From Candidatus Thorarchaeota archaeon (lineage in GTDB: Archaea; Asgardarchaeota; Thorarchaeia; Thorarchaeales; Thorarchaeaceae): a DNA stretch of 64,000 bases. Location: NCBI GenBank assembly GCA_038893995.1, contig JAWAQK010000005.1, positions 5,947-69,946 of the forward strand, read 5' to 3'. Below, one piece after another: positions 49,601-58,478 of the stretch; the stretch's first letter is position 1; each line of letters opens with the position of its first letter. The notes below the pieces were generated by a model that worked only from the letters and a program-made list of their open reading frames with translations, was not told where the DNA came from and did no database searches. The translations under genes were made by a program, and so were the position numbers.

Positions 49601-49876
49601 TAGCTGCTCGACCCTTTCCCCAACAGTTTCAGCCTCTCTTGCCAGGCTCTCAAATGGCAACACAGCCTGATATCGTGGTGTTACACCCCCAATCTCAACT
49701 AACATCCCACCATTCTTCAGCTTGAGCACTACTTTCTCAATCGTCTCTAGCGGTAGACCTGTGATTAGAGAGAGATCGCCCGTAGTCACATTTCCGGTGG
49801 CCATGGCCAGTGTGTACACTCTGGCTTCGTCTTCGTTCAACCCTGAGATTCCCGATATCAGATCCTTTCCTGACAT
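46610..49876 (-). CDS. 1088-aa TrmB-family HTH protein with ~800-aa central coiled-coil region
   Basis: N-terminal TrmB-type HTH (EARVYTLAMATGNVTTGDLSLITGLPLETIEKVVLKLKNGGML...PRYQAV); long low-complexity helical S/T/E/Q-rich middle; C-terminal ~200-aa globular domain; all plus-strand ORFs inside are shadow ORFs. Confidence 0.7.
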   Translation of the reverse strand: MSGKDLISGISGLNEDEARVYTLAMATGNVTTGDLSLITGLPLETIEKVVLKLKNGGMLVEIGGVTPRYQAVLPFESLAREAETVGERVEQLREETKQAVETLVKNIKNQLSDLTESTVRTLTDKKDSIAKLRSNSSERLSKIADSSTRKMDVALESCKASLQNAFTEWKDKAGNTIAPLTDQVKNNVSSAGTSLITRMKRWSSETTTTIDNTRKGIVSSIEGLGRSTTSSLASSRGTFTKSIDKVLEEERSILGVAAEQSRQAMSLVAAQGAQVIDSESKSFSEKMGVERKQIVELVKKQVDQAQRLLNDVHGALATTVQELIASERERADAQKQHVASETDLFIDKVGLVLRDHQDSVSSDLKQFQETAEASLSSISKDITDLLGALKHSVTDARDRSRTIGLGSIQTLSAATSAAVKDIDQETSMIVGHARTEFRDSLNGIGQSLVLRNQEALKAEETLLQTAMSSITEELSATLKATESSIKAVAERTIESLNRMAQKLQQQMTGIVQDASAEIQQIADSAVKESNSRLTQQSNKIIDLTKKQIMNSHSIHEKIQADVQGTVTERLRSHEEILNQLLEAVRKELQHILVEADNAEQQARTQMDNMMAELNEHTEKSFAQVLSDTEELLKIQRNSLNEIVTKHGNAAEAVGQRIETEMRTLASGLRSSVSSQADSAIEATEHKFETTLAELEEALERRRETLGHESDEVISGIAEMFEEASSEISRQLETITQEITQTVDATANTLSEQCKTIDSRLTTEFRVLGDGLLSTVSDLESNLKRVTDDLMEYVNTEVNGINEKLNTLVVESESEITTHLDASKVATDKSGEQLLQTLTETAEEFKSKSVETVSSSLKSLQSETISFRKDVETLVDSLCNELGSLSDSLVSEINGLTQGAMKSDLVGNTNAFFERAFPSSVSVKGEGTEVAKILRVGWDRLVNSGYPGAKKTWTVVTHKAVLSHIQDMVQRAKSKVTLVLPSYDEVPEDMIARSKSAIGIEIVVSEDPRIMEKAKALIGKGNVRIRTRPERDVYACIRDSEEMLLAPASAKKEEIVGVVTEDEGFVRFIMGTIGPIFQSKARLLRQEDT

Positions 49877-49941
49877 TTCTCTTCAGTCCCGAGGGACATC
49901 AGTAACTTTTCGACCACTTAATCCTTTCAGATGATTGGTCA

Positions 49942-50304
49942 CTAAGACACGAGTTCCTCTAGAAGAGGTTTGATCTTCTTGTAGAATTCCGCGATCAGGA
50001 TGTTTCTGGGATTATCAGAGTCCAGAATGAAGAGCCTGATCTGTTGTCCAACTCTTATCTCCTTAACAAACTTCATGTCTATCAGTGGTTGCATCACCCT
50101 ATGGACTGTAGAGTGTGCCAGCCCGGTTTCCCTTGCAGCTCTACCAAGATTGAGGAACTCCTTGGGGCGATCCAGAAAAAGCTGAACTATCCTTGTCTGC
50201 GCTCTTGATGCAAATACCGTTTCTAATAGTCGTTTCTCCTTTGGTACCCCTCTCTTGGCCCTAGCTCCCACCGGTGACCACGCTCCCGACTGACTCGCCC
50301 GCAA
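49942..50304 (-). CDS. winged-helix DNA-binding transcriptional regulator
   Basis: HTH LGRAARETGLAHSTVHRVMQPLIDMKFV; 5' end overlaps pyrH by 44 nt so the true start is probably later. Confidence 0.5.
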   Translation of the reverse strand: MRASQSGAWSPVGARAKRGVPKEKRLLETVFASRAQTRIVQLFLDRPKEFLNLGRAARETGLAHSTVHRVMQPLIDMKFVKEIRVGQQIRLFILDSDNPRNILIAEFYKKIKPLLEELVS

Positions 50305-50953
50305 GAGCTCTCCTAAGGTTCTCGATTACCGTGCCGTTGAATATGACCGTTCTTATTCTCGACCTAGCAATTATCCGTATGGCGACTGGATCGAAGAGTT
50401 CATACTCCCCTGCTCTGACTCCCGTGTGAGTGAGAATACTGTTGAGTTCCTCAACACTAAGCGTGTGAAGGATCTTCGCACCAGGTTCTCTCGGATTCCT
50501 GTCGAATACACCATCTACATTTGTTGCGTTGAGCAGTTTCTCAGCCCCCATGACCTCTGCAGTAAGTGCCGCCACTGCGTTTGTCGACTGACCAGGTGTG
50601 AGGCCCCCCATGACGACTATCCTATCAGAACACAGTGCTCTCTCGAATTCCTCGAGGGTCTCGGGAACCGATGGATATGCAGACTCTCCCAGTGCCACTA
50701 TCATCAGTTCTGCATTGTGACGCGCCATCTTGATCCCGAGCCAATCGCATTGAGACTCATTTGCTCCAAGCTCTCGTGCAGCAGTGACGAACTCCCTTGC
50801 TGCCTTGCCGCCACCGACCACAAGTGCAATCCTGTTTCCCTTCAGAAAGAAGTCTCTGACCACTGATGCATATTCTCTGATTGTGTTGGTCTTTAGCCGA
50901 CCGTCGTCACCATACAGAAGGGATCCTCCGATCTTCAGGACAACTCGCATCAT
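50261..50953 (-). CDS. pyrH: UMP kinase (archaeal type)
   Basis: amino-acid-kinase fold, KIGGSLL...VVGGGKAAREF motifs, 230 aa. Confidence 0.85.
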   Translation of the reverse strand: MMRVVLKIGGSLLYGDDGRLKTNTIREYASVVRDFFLKGNRIALVVGGGKAAREFVTAARELGANESQCDWLGIKMARHNAELMIVALGESAYPSVPETLEEFERALCSDRIVVMGGLTPGQSTNAVAALTAEVMGAEKLLNATNVDGVFDRNPREPGAKILHTLSVEELNSILTHTGVRAGEYELFDPVAIRIIARSRIRTVIFNGTVIENLRRALAGESVGSVVTGGS

Positions 50954-51444
50954 ATGACCTCAACTTAAGGGGCTTTGAAAGGGTCACCTCACTGAACTAA
51001 AGAACCTTTCTTGAATGCACAGACCCGTCGCTTTATCGATGGGTCCCAACGAGCGTGCCTAGACATGATCCTACATTTGGTAGTCTAAAATGAAACCTGA
51101 ACCAAACCCCTCGAGACTCCGTGAGTCCGGTTCTCAATCCACAACCTCCTGCCATTCAATTGTACCAAGTTCGTCATCAACAGGATTCTTGTCTTGGGCA
51201 CCTTGTGATTGTCCCGACTGCAGACGTCACTCGAGAACACCTCCGCAATGAATCCATCGACACTCATGACAATGATGTACTCAGAATCAGTTACGTGCCT
51301 TGATCATGAATGCATGAGATCAAGTTGCCTGACGACCCATCATGCTGTCAGGTCCCTCTCATGGTCAGCGGTCGCCGCCCAAACCCTTTTAGGAACTACG
51401 AATAGGATGAATGACTCGCCCTCCAATGGCACCCTTCCCATCAG

Positions 51445-53928
51445 TTGTCAAGAGGGATACTTACAGTGGTATCAAAGACCTTTGCTCCTGCATTGACTTC
51501 AACTCGTTGGACGGCGCAGTCCGAAGAAGCATTGATTGATACATGGTCCAACGAGAAGACGTATGCCTTCAATCCACATTCGAGGAAGACCATATACTCC
51601 GTAGACACACCCCCTCCGTATCTGTCGGGTCACGTCCATCTTGGTCAGTTGATCCACTACACTCAGATTGACATGATTGCTCGTTATCGCAGGATGCAAG
51701 GTTTTGAGGTCAACTTCCCACTGGGACTGGACAGAAACGGGCTACCTGTTGAACTGAGGGTGGAGAAGGAACACGGAATCAGTATGCACAGTACTCCTCG
51801 TGATGAGTTTGTGAGGCGATGCAAGGAGGAACTCGATCACTACGAGAAGGAAGTCATCCAGGCCTTTAAGAGAGCTGGATTGAGCTTCAACACATACGAC
51901 GAGGACGGAATCTACAGGACTGACAGTCCCGACTATCGAGCAGTAACACAGGCCACCTTTATCGACCTATGGAGGCGTGGCCTGATATACTCAGACTACC
52001 GTCCCAATAACTGGTGCTTCGAATGCGGCACGACCATTGCAGATGCTGAGGTCGAGTACTCCGAGCGAACTGCAACCCTGAACTATCTCTATTTCGAGGT
52101 GCCCGGTGCTGAGCCCCTGAAGATAGCGACTACTCGACCGGAGTTGCTGTGTGCATGTGGGGCTGTGTTTGTTCATCCTGAAGACGAAAGATATCGAAAC
52201 TACGTCGGAAAGAAGGCCATTGTTCCTCTCTTCGGACTCGAGGTGCCAATTATCGAGAGTCGTACGGTGCTTATGGACTTTGGTACCGGCGCACTGATGG
52301 TCTGCAGCTACGGTGATATCGCAGATGTGATGGCCTTTCGCGACCATGCACTGAAGCCAATTGCAGCAGTCGGACCTGATGGTAGGATGACCAGTGCTGC
52401 TGGAAAGTACGCTGGCCTGACGACTGAGGAAGCAAGACGACAGATCATCTCCGATCTCAAGGAGAGGGGAATCCTATACAAACAGGAACCGACTCTGCAG
52501 CGAGTACCACTGTGTTGGCGTTCCGATACCCCCATCGAGTTCATAGCCATGGACGAGTACTACCTCAAACAGACCGAGTTCATAGAGGACTTACTGAAGA
52601 TCTCAGAGGATATCACATTCTATCCTGCTCATCATCGGCAGATCTTGCTGGACTGGCTAAATAGAGTCAGTGTTGACTGGCCAGTGAGCAGGAGGCGCTT
52701 CTATGGGACCGAGATACCAATCTGGTACTGCAATAAGTGCGGTTCCCCTGTATTGCCGGACTCCAATGAGTTGAGATACTACAGGCCTTGGTGTGAGAGT
52801 CCTCCATTTGACACATGCCCGAAATGCGGTGCGCGCTCTGGTTTCAGGGGAGAAGAGCGAACATTCGACACCTGGATGGACTCGTCTATCAGTGGTCTTC
52901 AGATCATCGGGTACCTTCGTGATCCAACTCTGTTCAAGAGGGGGTTCAAGAGAGTTCTGAGACCTCAGGGAAAAGACATCGTACGCACCTGGTTGTACTA
53001 CTCCCTGCTTCGAACATACCAGCTCCTGAAGGCCCCCGCATTTAGAGAAGTCTGGATCTCTGGTCACGTTGTGGATGAGAAAGGAGAGAAGATGAGTAAG
53101 TCGCGTGGAAACTCTCCGGACCCGCTACCCATAATTGAGAGGTATGGGGCGGATGCATTGAGGCTATTTGGAGTTCTGGAGGCGGGTCTGGGGAGTGACG
53201 TACGGTTCGAAGAGGAACGGCTTGCTGGCGTTTCCAAATTCATGACAAAACTATGGAATATTGCCAGATTCATCTCGATGTTTCCCTCCAGGATTCGGCT
53301 TGAGTTCTCTCAGCTCACACCCGTCGACAGGTGGATTCTGGCTGAAACCAACAACCTGTTGAAGAGAATAACTCCTGATTGTGAGAGACTTGACTTTCAC
53401 AGACCAGCTGTAGAGGTGCGCAGCTTCACATGGAACTTCCTTGCAGACCACATACTCGAACTCCTGAAGGGACGTTGTCTCAATGCCGAAGAACATGGTT
53501 TCACTGAGTCTGAGCAGAAGTCCGGGTGGTACGCCCTGCACGAGAGTCTGAAAGTTGTACTGAGGTGCCTGGCTCCCATGTGCCCGTTCATAACTGACAC
53601 TATCTATCGGGAGTTGTACGACAGTAGAGGCGTTCACAGAGCAAGATTTCCAACTCCTAATGACACGTGGAAGTCTGACCTCACCGACCGTACCGAGCTT
53701 CTGCTGTCTATCAATATGGCCATCTGGAAGTACAAGAAGGATGCCGGGTTATCTCTCAGAAATGCCATCCCGGAAGTGTGGTTGCCTGTTGTGGTCGAGC
53801 CATGGGTCAGGGATCTTGCCGCAATGCATGGCATTGGCAGGGTCCAACTCGGAGAACCTGACGATCAACACTTGGTGGGCATCAGTCTTCCAAACACGGC
53901 CTACAAGATCTTCATACGACCCAGTTGA
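51445..53928 (+). CDS. valS: class I aminoacyl-tRNA synthetase with editing domain, most likely valyl-tRNA synthetase
   Basis: HIGH-region PPPYLSGHVHLGQ (degenerate HxGH) and KMSKS motif; 827 aa fits archaeal ValRS; 490-bp untranslated region upstream. Confidence 0.6.
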   Translation: MSRGILTVVSKTFAPALTSTRWTAQSEEALIDTWSNEKTYAFNPHSRKTIYSVDTPPPYLSGHVHLGQLIHYTQIDMIARYRRMQGFEVNFPLGLDRNGLPVELRVEKEHGISMHSTPRDEFVRRCKEELDHYEKEVIQAFKRAGLSFNTYDEDGIYRTDSPDYRAVTQATFIDLWRRGLIYSDYRPNNWCFECGTTIADAEVEYSERTATLNYLYFEVPGAEPLKIATTRPELLCACGAVFVHPEDERYRNYVGKKAIVPLFGLEVPIIESRTVLMDFGTGALMVCSYGDIADVMAFRDHALKPIAAVGPDGRMTSAAGKYAGLTTEEARRQIISDLKERGILYKQEPTLQRVPLCWRSDTPIEFIAMDEYYLKQTEFIEDLLKISEDITFYPAHHRQILLDWLNRVSVDWPVSRRRFYGTEIPIWYCNKCGSPVLPDSNELRYYRPWCESPPFDTCPKCGARSGFRGEERTFDTWMDSSISGLQIIGYLRDPTLFKRGFKRVLRPQGKDIVRTWLYYSLLRTYQLLKAPAFREVWISGHVVDEKGEKMSKSRGNSPDPLPIIERYGADALRLFGVLEAGLGSDVRFEEERLAGVSKFMTKLWNIARFISMFPSRIRLEFSQLTPVDRWILAETNNLLKRITPDCERLDFHRPAVEVRSFTWNFLADHILELLKGRCLNAEEHGFTESEQKSGWYALHESLKVVLRCLAPMCPFITDTIYRELYDSRGVHRARFPTPNDTWKSDLTDRTELLLSINMAIWKYKKDAGLSLRNAIPEVWLPVVVEPWVRDLAAMHGIGRVQLGEPDDQHLVGISLPNTAYKIFIRPS

Positions 53929-54149
53929 TCCTTGAAAGAAACCAGGGTCCTGTAGGTCTGGTGCAGTTCCAAGCCGTTGGATAGACGTATGTGCGGACTA
54001 GACCCCCACCGCCAGCTGGGACTTGTCAGTGTCTTCAGACACCATGTCATCAATTCTGGTGTCTTGTCATTATCTGGATCTATAGTACGGGGATATATGG
54101 TCCGATCTCAACAGAAAGTACTGACATTGATCCGCGATAGGGCCCCCAG

Positions 54150-54410
54150 ATGATGATTGCTGAAGTTGCTCTGCTCCTGAGTATCTACATTATCTGGCTA
54201 GTCACGCTGGTCAGCGCAGTGGTGTCTGCAGACGAGGCCTCCCTGACAATCTCCACCACACCATTCCTTCTTACTCTGCCCTTTTCCTTTCTAATATCGG
54301 CTGTGCTGAATGTCTACTTGCCCCGTATGCTAGAGATCAACCTCCTACTGACGTTGATCGTGGGAATACTCATGTCCGCGAGATGGTGCATGGCCATCGT
54401 CAGCGAGTGA
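54150..54410 (+). CDS. small hydrophobic membrane protein
   Basis: 86-aa ORF with predicted TM helices; weak. Confidence 0.3.
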   Translation: MMIAEVALLLSIYIIWLVTLVSAVVSADEASLTISTTPFLLTLPFSFLISAVLNVYLPRMLEINLLLTLIVGILMSARWCMAIVSE

Positions 54411-54434
54411 GGGAGTTAACGTCGAGAATTCTGG

Positions 54435-54596
54435 TCACTCCTTCTCCTTTCTCTTGAACTCAGTGTAGTTGCACCGACCGCATGCATAACGATTAGAGTG
54501 TTCTGCCATGTATGTACCCTTCTCGCATCGGGGGCATTGCTTTCTCAGTGGTGTCACCTTGCCGCTCTTGTCAACCTTGTACAGTTTGTGGCTCAC
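54435..54596 (-). CDS. rps27ae: 30S ribosomal protein S27ae (eS31) zinc-ribbon protein (not in the ORF track, 53 aa)
   Basis: VSHKLYKVDKSGKVTPLRKQCPRCEKGTYMAEHSNRYACGRCNYTEFKRKEKE; GTG start overlaps the S24e TGA stop (GTGA). Confidence 0.6.
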   Translation of the reverse strand: MSHKLYKVDKSGKVTPLRKQCPRCEKGTYMAEHSNRYACGRCNYTEFKRKEKE

Positions 54597-54904
54597 TCAG
54601 CTTCTCCCTCCTTCTTCTTCGGCTCGTGTCGCCTCAGGATGTGCGCTTGTTCAATCTTCTTTACTGCTTCCGGAGTGAAGTACAGGCGTGCAGATCCCGT
54701 AGTTCTGCCGATACCAAACATTGTACGCATCTCAGTGATGACAAGACAGGAGGGATCGGCGTTAAGAAGACCTACCAACTTGGACTTTACGTCCGCTCGA
54801 CTTGGAGTCTTTTGACCCGCATGTTCTATCTTGAACTCCAGCTCCCGTCTGTTGAGTGGCGAGTTCAAACGTTCACGAACTATCTCTATCTCCAATGCGG
54901 TCAA
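54593..54904 (-). CDS. rps24e: 30S ribosomal protein S24e
   Basis: NRRELEFKIEHAGQKTPSRADVKSKL signature. Confidence 0.85.
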   Translation of the reverse strand: MTALEIEIVRERLNSPLNRRELEFKIEHAGQKTPSRADVKSKLVGLLNADPSCLVITEMRTMFGIGRTTGSARLYFTPEAVKKIEQAHILRRHEPKKKEGEAE

Positions 54905-54981
54905 TTCTCCCTTTCAATATTCGACAGCGGCGCACGCCCTTCTAGGGTATACTAATAAAGGTTTCACCCTCCACCACAGTG

Positions 54982-55194
54982 TCAGCGAACTTTTAGTGCA
55001 TACTTGCCCGGACGATCAATGTTCAGGCGTTCTGCGATGTATGAAGTCTTTCTCGGATCCTCGTGAGGGTCACGGCCTGGAAGTATCACTACGATTCCAG
55101 TATACGACGAGGAGAGATTAGTGCTCCTGCAGTTGGGACACACATTCTCAACTGTGAGATAGTGACATTGTCTGCAAGCTCGTAACTTGGTCAT
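54982..55194 (-). CDS. spt4: transcription elongation factor Spt4 (RpoE'')
   Basis: RACRQCHYL...CPNCRS zinc ribbon, 70 aa. Confidence 0.85.
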   Translation of the reverse strand: MTKLRACRQCHYLTVENVCPNCRSTNLSSSYTGIVVILPGRDPHEDPRKTSYIAERLNIDRPGKYALKVR

Positions 55195-55214
55195 GCGGAC
55201 TGCCTCCGTCTTCT

Positions 55215-55796
55215 CTATTTCTTCACTTCACCGCGAGATACTTTCAAGTCCTCCTCTATCCATGAAGTGTCAGGACCGATCTTCCCGAGAAATGGTTGTC
55301 GCATCGTCAGTCCTAACTTCCCAGACCTGTTGCCCGACTCAAAGCTGATGGATGTTACTCTGGCCCTCACTTGGTCTCCTTCACGCAGCGTCCGCCCTGT
55401 TGTCTTTCCCATGAGTGCATTGGTCTTGGGGTCCTGTGAGATGTAGTCATCGCATATCTGACTCACGTGACATAGTCCGTCCAGCGGGCCCATCCTGATG
55501 AAGGCTCCGAAGTCCATAATCTCAACAACGTTGCCCTCAATGATCTCCCCCCTGAGAGGTTTGAAGGTCAAGACCCTGTACGTGACTGTGTGATATGTTG
55601 CACCATCTCCAGGCACCAGACGTCCAGGTCCAATGCTCACTATCTCTATCACTGCGATCATCAGGCCAATATCTCTGTCCAGGACATTCTCGTGGTTTTT
55701 TCTCAAGTATGTCATTGCGGCCTCCTCGATGGGCTGGCCGAACTGTGACGGGGGTATTCTCACGACATCTTTGACAGTGACGATAGAGTAGATCAT
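55215..55796 (-). CDS. rpoE: DNA-directed RNA polymerase subunit E' (Rpo7)
   Basis: N-terminal RNP domain plus S1 domain, 193 aa. Confidence 0.9.
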   Translation of the reverse strand: MIYSIVTVKDVVRIPPSQFGQPIEEAAMTYLRKNHENVLDRDIGLMIAVIEIVSIGPGRLVPGDGATYHTVTYRVLTFKPLRGEIIEGNVVEIMDFGAFIRMGPLDGLCHVSQICDDYISQDPKTNALMGKTTGRTLREGDQVRARVTSISFESGNRSGKLGLTMRQPFLGKIGPDTSWIEEDLKVSRGEVKK

Positions 55797-55942
55797 CGGT
55801 ACCTCCTAAGAGTCCTCGGCGCCATTCCTCAGCCATGACACAATCAAAGAACGATCAGACCCTACTTTAGAGGCAAGGAGTCTTCACCCGACGGCTCGTC
55901 GGTGCCTGAATCCAGGTCGAATAAAAAGATTGTGACACGGTC

Positions 55943-56362
55943 TTACGGCACCGCACCTATGACGATCACCTTTTTCCCTTCGCGGAGTGTGATCACCGTC
56001 AGTCCCAGGTCTCGTGAGCGTCTTCTCAGCTCTCTGTCATTTGTAGCAATCACATATCCTTTGACCTTAGCATACTCCAGCAGTTGTTCGTCCACTGACA
56101 TGTTCTCCATGTGGTCCGGGACTGTCTCCCTGTCGCATCTACCCGCCAGACTCATGGCATGCCTAAAGTGTCGAGCTGTACCTCTGTGCTTCTCATCTTC
56201 TGCCCTTGTCTCCAGTTCATGTAGCACCGAGTCAATAACCACGAATCTGACAGGGAGCTCTATGGTCCGCTCTATCTCAGAAAAGATATCGATGCGAAGA
56301 GTGCTAGGAACGAGAAGAAAGTTCGAGTCTAGAAGCACAGTCACCCGCATGTGGCTACACAT
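55943..56362 (-). CDS. PIN-domain protein, Fcf1/Utp24-like
   Basis: PIN acidic residues (LLDSNF...D...ATNDRELRRR); conserved position between aIF2gamma and rpoE'. Confidence 0.75.
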   Translation of the reverse strand: MCSHMRVTVLLDSNFLLVPSTLRIDIFSEIERTIELPVRFVVIDSVLHELETRAEDEKHRGTARHFRHAMSLAGRCDRETVPDHMENMSVDEQLLEYAKVKGYVIATNDRELRRRSRDLGLTVITLREGKKVIVIGAVP

Positions 56363-56375
56363 CCGTGGTGTGAGC

Positions 56376-57707
56376 TCATATTACTGCATGACCGATGAGC
56401 CTCCACTTGTTGTCCAGTCGCCGTCCAATGGCCACTCTCTGGCCATCCTCGACGCAGACCGGTCTCTTCAGAGTCACCTCAATCTCTTCGCCATGGAGCT
56501 TCGTGATGACCCCAACTGTGGCTGCTGTTCCAACAACGATCATGAGTTGCTCGTTCAGCTTCAGATTCTCAACCTCCTGTTGTGCCTCTGTACCAACTAC
56601 CCGCTTCATCAATACCGGCTGAATCATGAGTTTGCTTACAGTCTTTGGCATCTTTCCCGGTCTGCCCACCACATTTCCAATCAACCTGTCAGCGCGGGTG
56701 ATTGCAGGATCCAGATATGTTCCAATGCCAATGAGGCCTCCCGGATACGCTGTCTGAAGCATATTCCCGCTGCCTGACATGAGGCTGGCAATCTTCGCAC
56801 GTAGGGGCTTGAATCCCTTATCAGTGCTCACACCAGGTGAGATCTCTATCTCATCACCCACCTTCAACTTGCCTCTGACTATCGAGCCTCCTATTACTCC
56901 CCCCTGGAGATTCTCAGGTCTAGTACCGGGCTTGTTCACATCGAACGATCTCGCAACATACATCTTTGGAGGTGCTTCATCATCACGATCTGGCGTGGGC
57001 ATCACTTTCTCTATTGTCTGTACCAGGAGGTCTATGTTGGCTCCAAAGACAGCAGAAACGGGAATTACAGGCGCGTTTTCAGCGATGGTGCCACGCACAA
57101 AGTCCTTTATCTGTCGGTAGTGGGCCTTTGCCTGCTCTGGTGTCACGAGTTCTATCTTGTTCTGGACGATGATCAGGTTCTTCACACCTACTATCTCGAG
57201 TGCTCGAAGATGCTCGGATGTCTGAGGCATCGGACAGCGCTCATTGGCCGCTATCACAAGAATCGCGCCGTCCATTATGCTTGCCCCGCTGAGGCAGGTA
57301 GCCATCAATGACTCATGACCCGGGCTGTCAACGAAGGAAACCTCCCGCAGGACTTCCAATCGACCGCCACATCTGGGACACTTGTCACCATTAGCAAGGT
57401 ACTTTGTTGTATAGGCCTCTGGCTCAGGACAGTTGACACACTTCAAAAGGGTGGTGGCTGCATATCCCAGCTTGATTGAGATACCCCTCCGTATCTCGTC
57501 AGAGTACCTATCCGTCCATTCTCCGGTGATCTTCTGCACAAGGGTTGTCTTACCATGGTCGACGTGACCAAGAGTACCTATGCTAATCTCAGACTGACCT
57601 TCATACTTTCTAGTCAATGATGGCTCACATCCGAAGACGCCTGACGCATAGCGCCTGTTGAGCGTTCTGCATAAGAAGTATGTGGTACACCGGAGGAGCT
57701 GATACAA
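56376..57707 (-). CDS. eif2g: translation initiation factor aIF-2 gamma subunit
   Basis: G1 GHVDHGKTT, zinc knuckle C..C...C..C, EF-Tu-like domains II/III; true start probably downstream of the ORF-track start. Confidence 0.9.
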   Translation of the reverse strand: MYQLLRCTTYFLCRTLNRRYASGVFGCEPSLTRKYEGQSEISIGTLGHVDHGKTTLVQKITGEWTDRYSDEIRRGISIKLGYAATTLLKCVNCPEPEAYTTKYLANGDKCPRCGGRLEVLREVSFVDSPGHESLMATCLSGASIMDGAILVIAANERCPMPQTSEHLRALEIVGVKNLIIVQNKIELVTPEQAKAHYRQIKDFVRGTIAENAPVIPVSAVFGANIDLLVQTIEKVMPTPDRDDEAPPKMYVARSFDVNKPGTRPENLQGGVIGGSIVRGKLKVGDEIEISPGVSTDKGFKPLRAKIASLMSGSGNMLQTAYPGGLIGIGTYLDPAITRADRLIGNVVGRPGKMPKTVSKLMIQPVLMKRVVGTEAQQEVENLKLNEQLMIVVGTAATVGVITKLHGEEIEVTLKRPVCVEDGQRVAIGRRLDNKWRLIGHAVI

Positions 57708-57718
57708 ATGGATGGTGC

Positions 57719-58102
57719 CTATGCAGCCTTTGATATTAGCTCGTCAAGAGGCACATTTCCCTTCTGTTCCACTCTGATATTCACCTGTGCGATGAACTGA
57801 GTGAGCTCACGTCCTCTCACAGTCTTTCGACGCGCACCGCCCTTCTCCACCTTTCTCAGTCCAGGCGGGCCACGTATAAGGACTCTCTTCTTACCTCCGC
57901 CGTGTACGTCGGGACGAATCGGAAATCCCGACTTATCAGTGCCACCGGTGATCTTCAACTTATATCCCGGTAAGCCAACCAGGTCCCCCTCAAATACATC
58001 TCCCACGCTCTTACCTATCAGAGCATTGGTCTTGGCCTCATCCAGCTCATACTGGATTGCCTTTCCTGTCTCCGGGTCCGATATTACGAGTTTGAACGGC
58101 AA
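57719..58102 (-). CDS. rps6e: 30S ribosomal protein S6e
   Basis: MPFKLVISDPETGKAIQYEL... S6e signature, 127 aa. Confidence 0.85.
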   Translation of the reverse strand: MPFKLVISDPETGKAIQYELDEAKTNALIGKSVGDVFEGDLVGLPGYKLKITGGTDKSGFPIRPDVHGGGKKRVLIRGPPGLRKVEKGGARRKTVRGRELTQFIAQVNIRVEQKGNVPLDELISKAA

Positions 58103-58478
58103 TTGTCTTTGTCCACCTGAACAAGGATTTCTCTTGCACGAATTATCAAACGGGGGAACAAGCTCACTTTATGAGGGTTTCGCTGTACACACGCAGGCTA
58201 TTACCCCCCGGGTCCCATGACGAGCTATTCTTTGTCGGAGCTGCTTCGTCCCGTGTTCATGGTATCTCAATGCACAATGTTGACAGATTCGAACTGCAAC
58301 GCGTGAGATTGTTCCTGTGGCTCATCCTCGTCTGGACCACATGCTTCCGAGCCGATTCGTGTCCTGAGAAGAATACAGATTCCTCACAATGCACGTATCC
58401 ATAGAACCCAGTTCAAAACCATTATAACTGGCTCCATCGAGCGACGATTGGTCTAAACTCTCGAGAGGAGCTTCCCGC

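Noticed and set aside
46614-49670. Series of plus-strand ORFs (106-257 aa) inside the 3.3-kb minus-strand gene
   Set aside because: They are all antisense to the one continuous 1088-aa ORF and have Ser/Cys/Leu-rich low-complexity translations typical of shadow frames.
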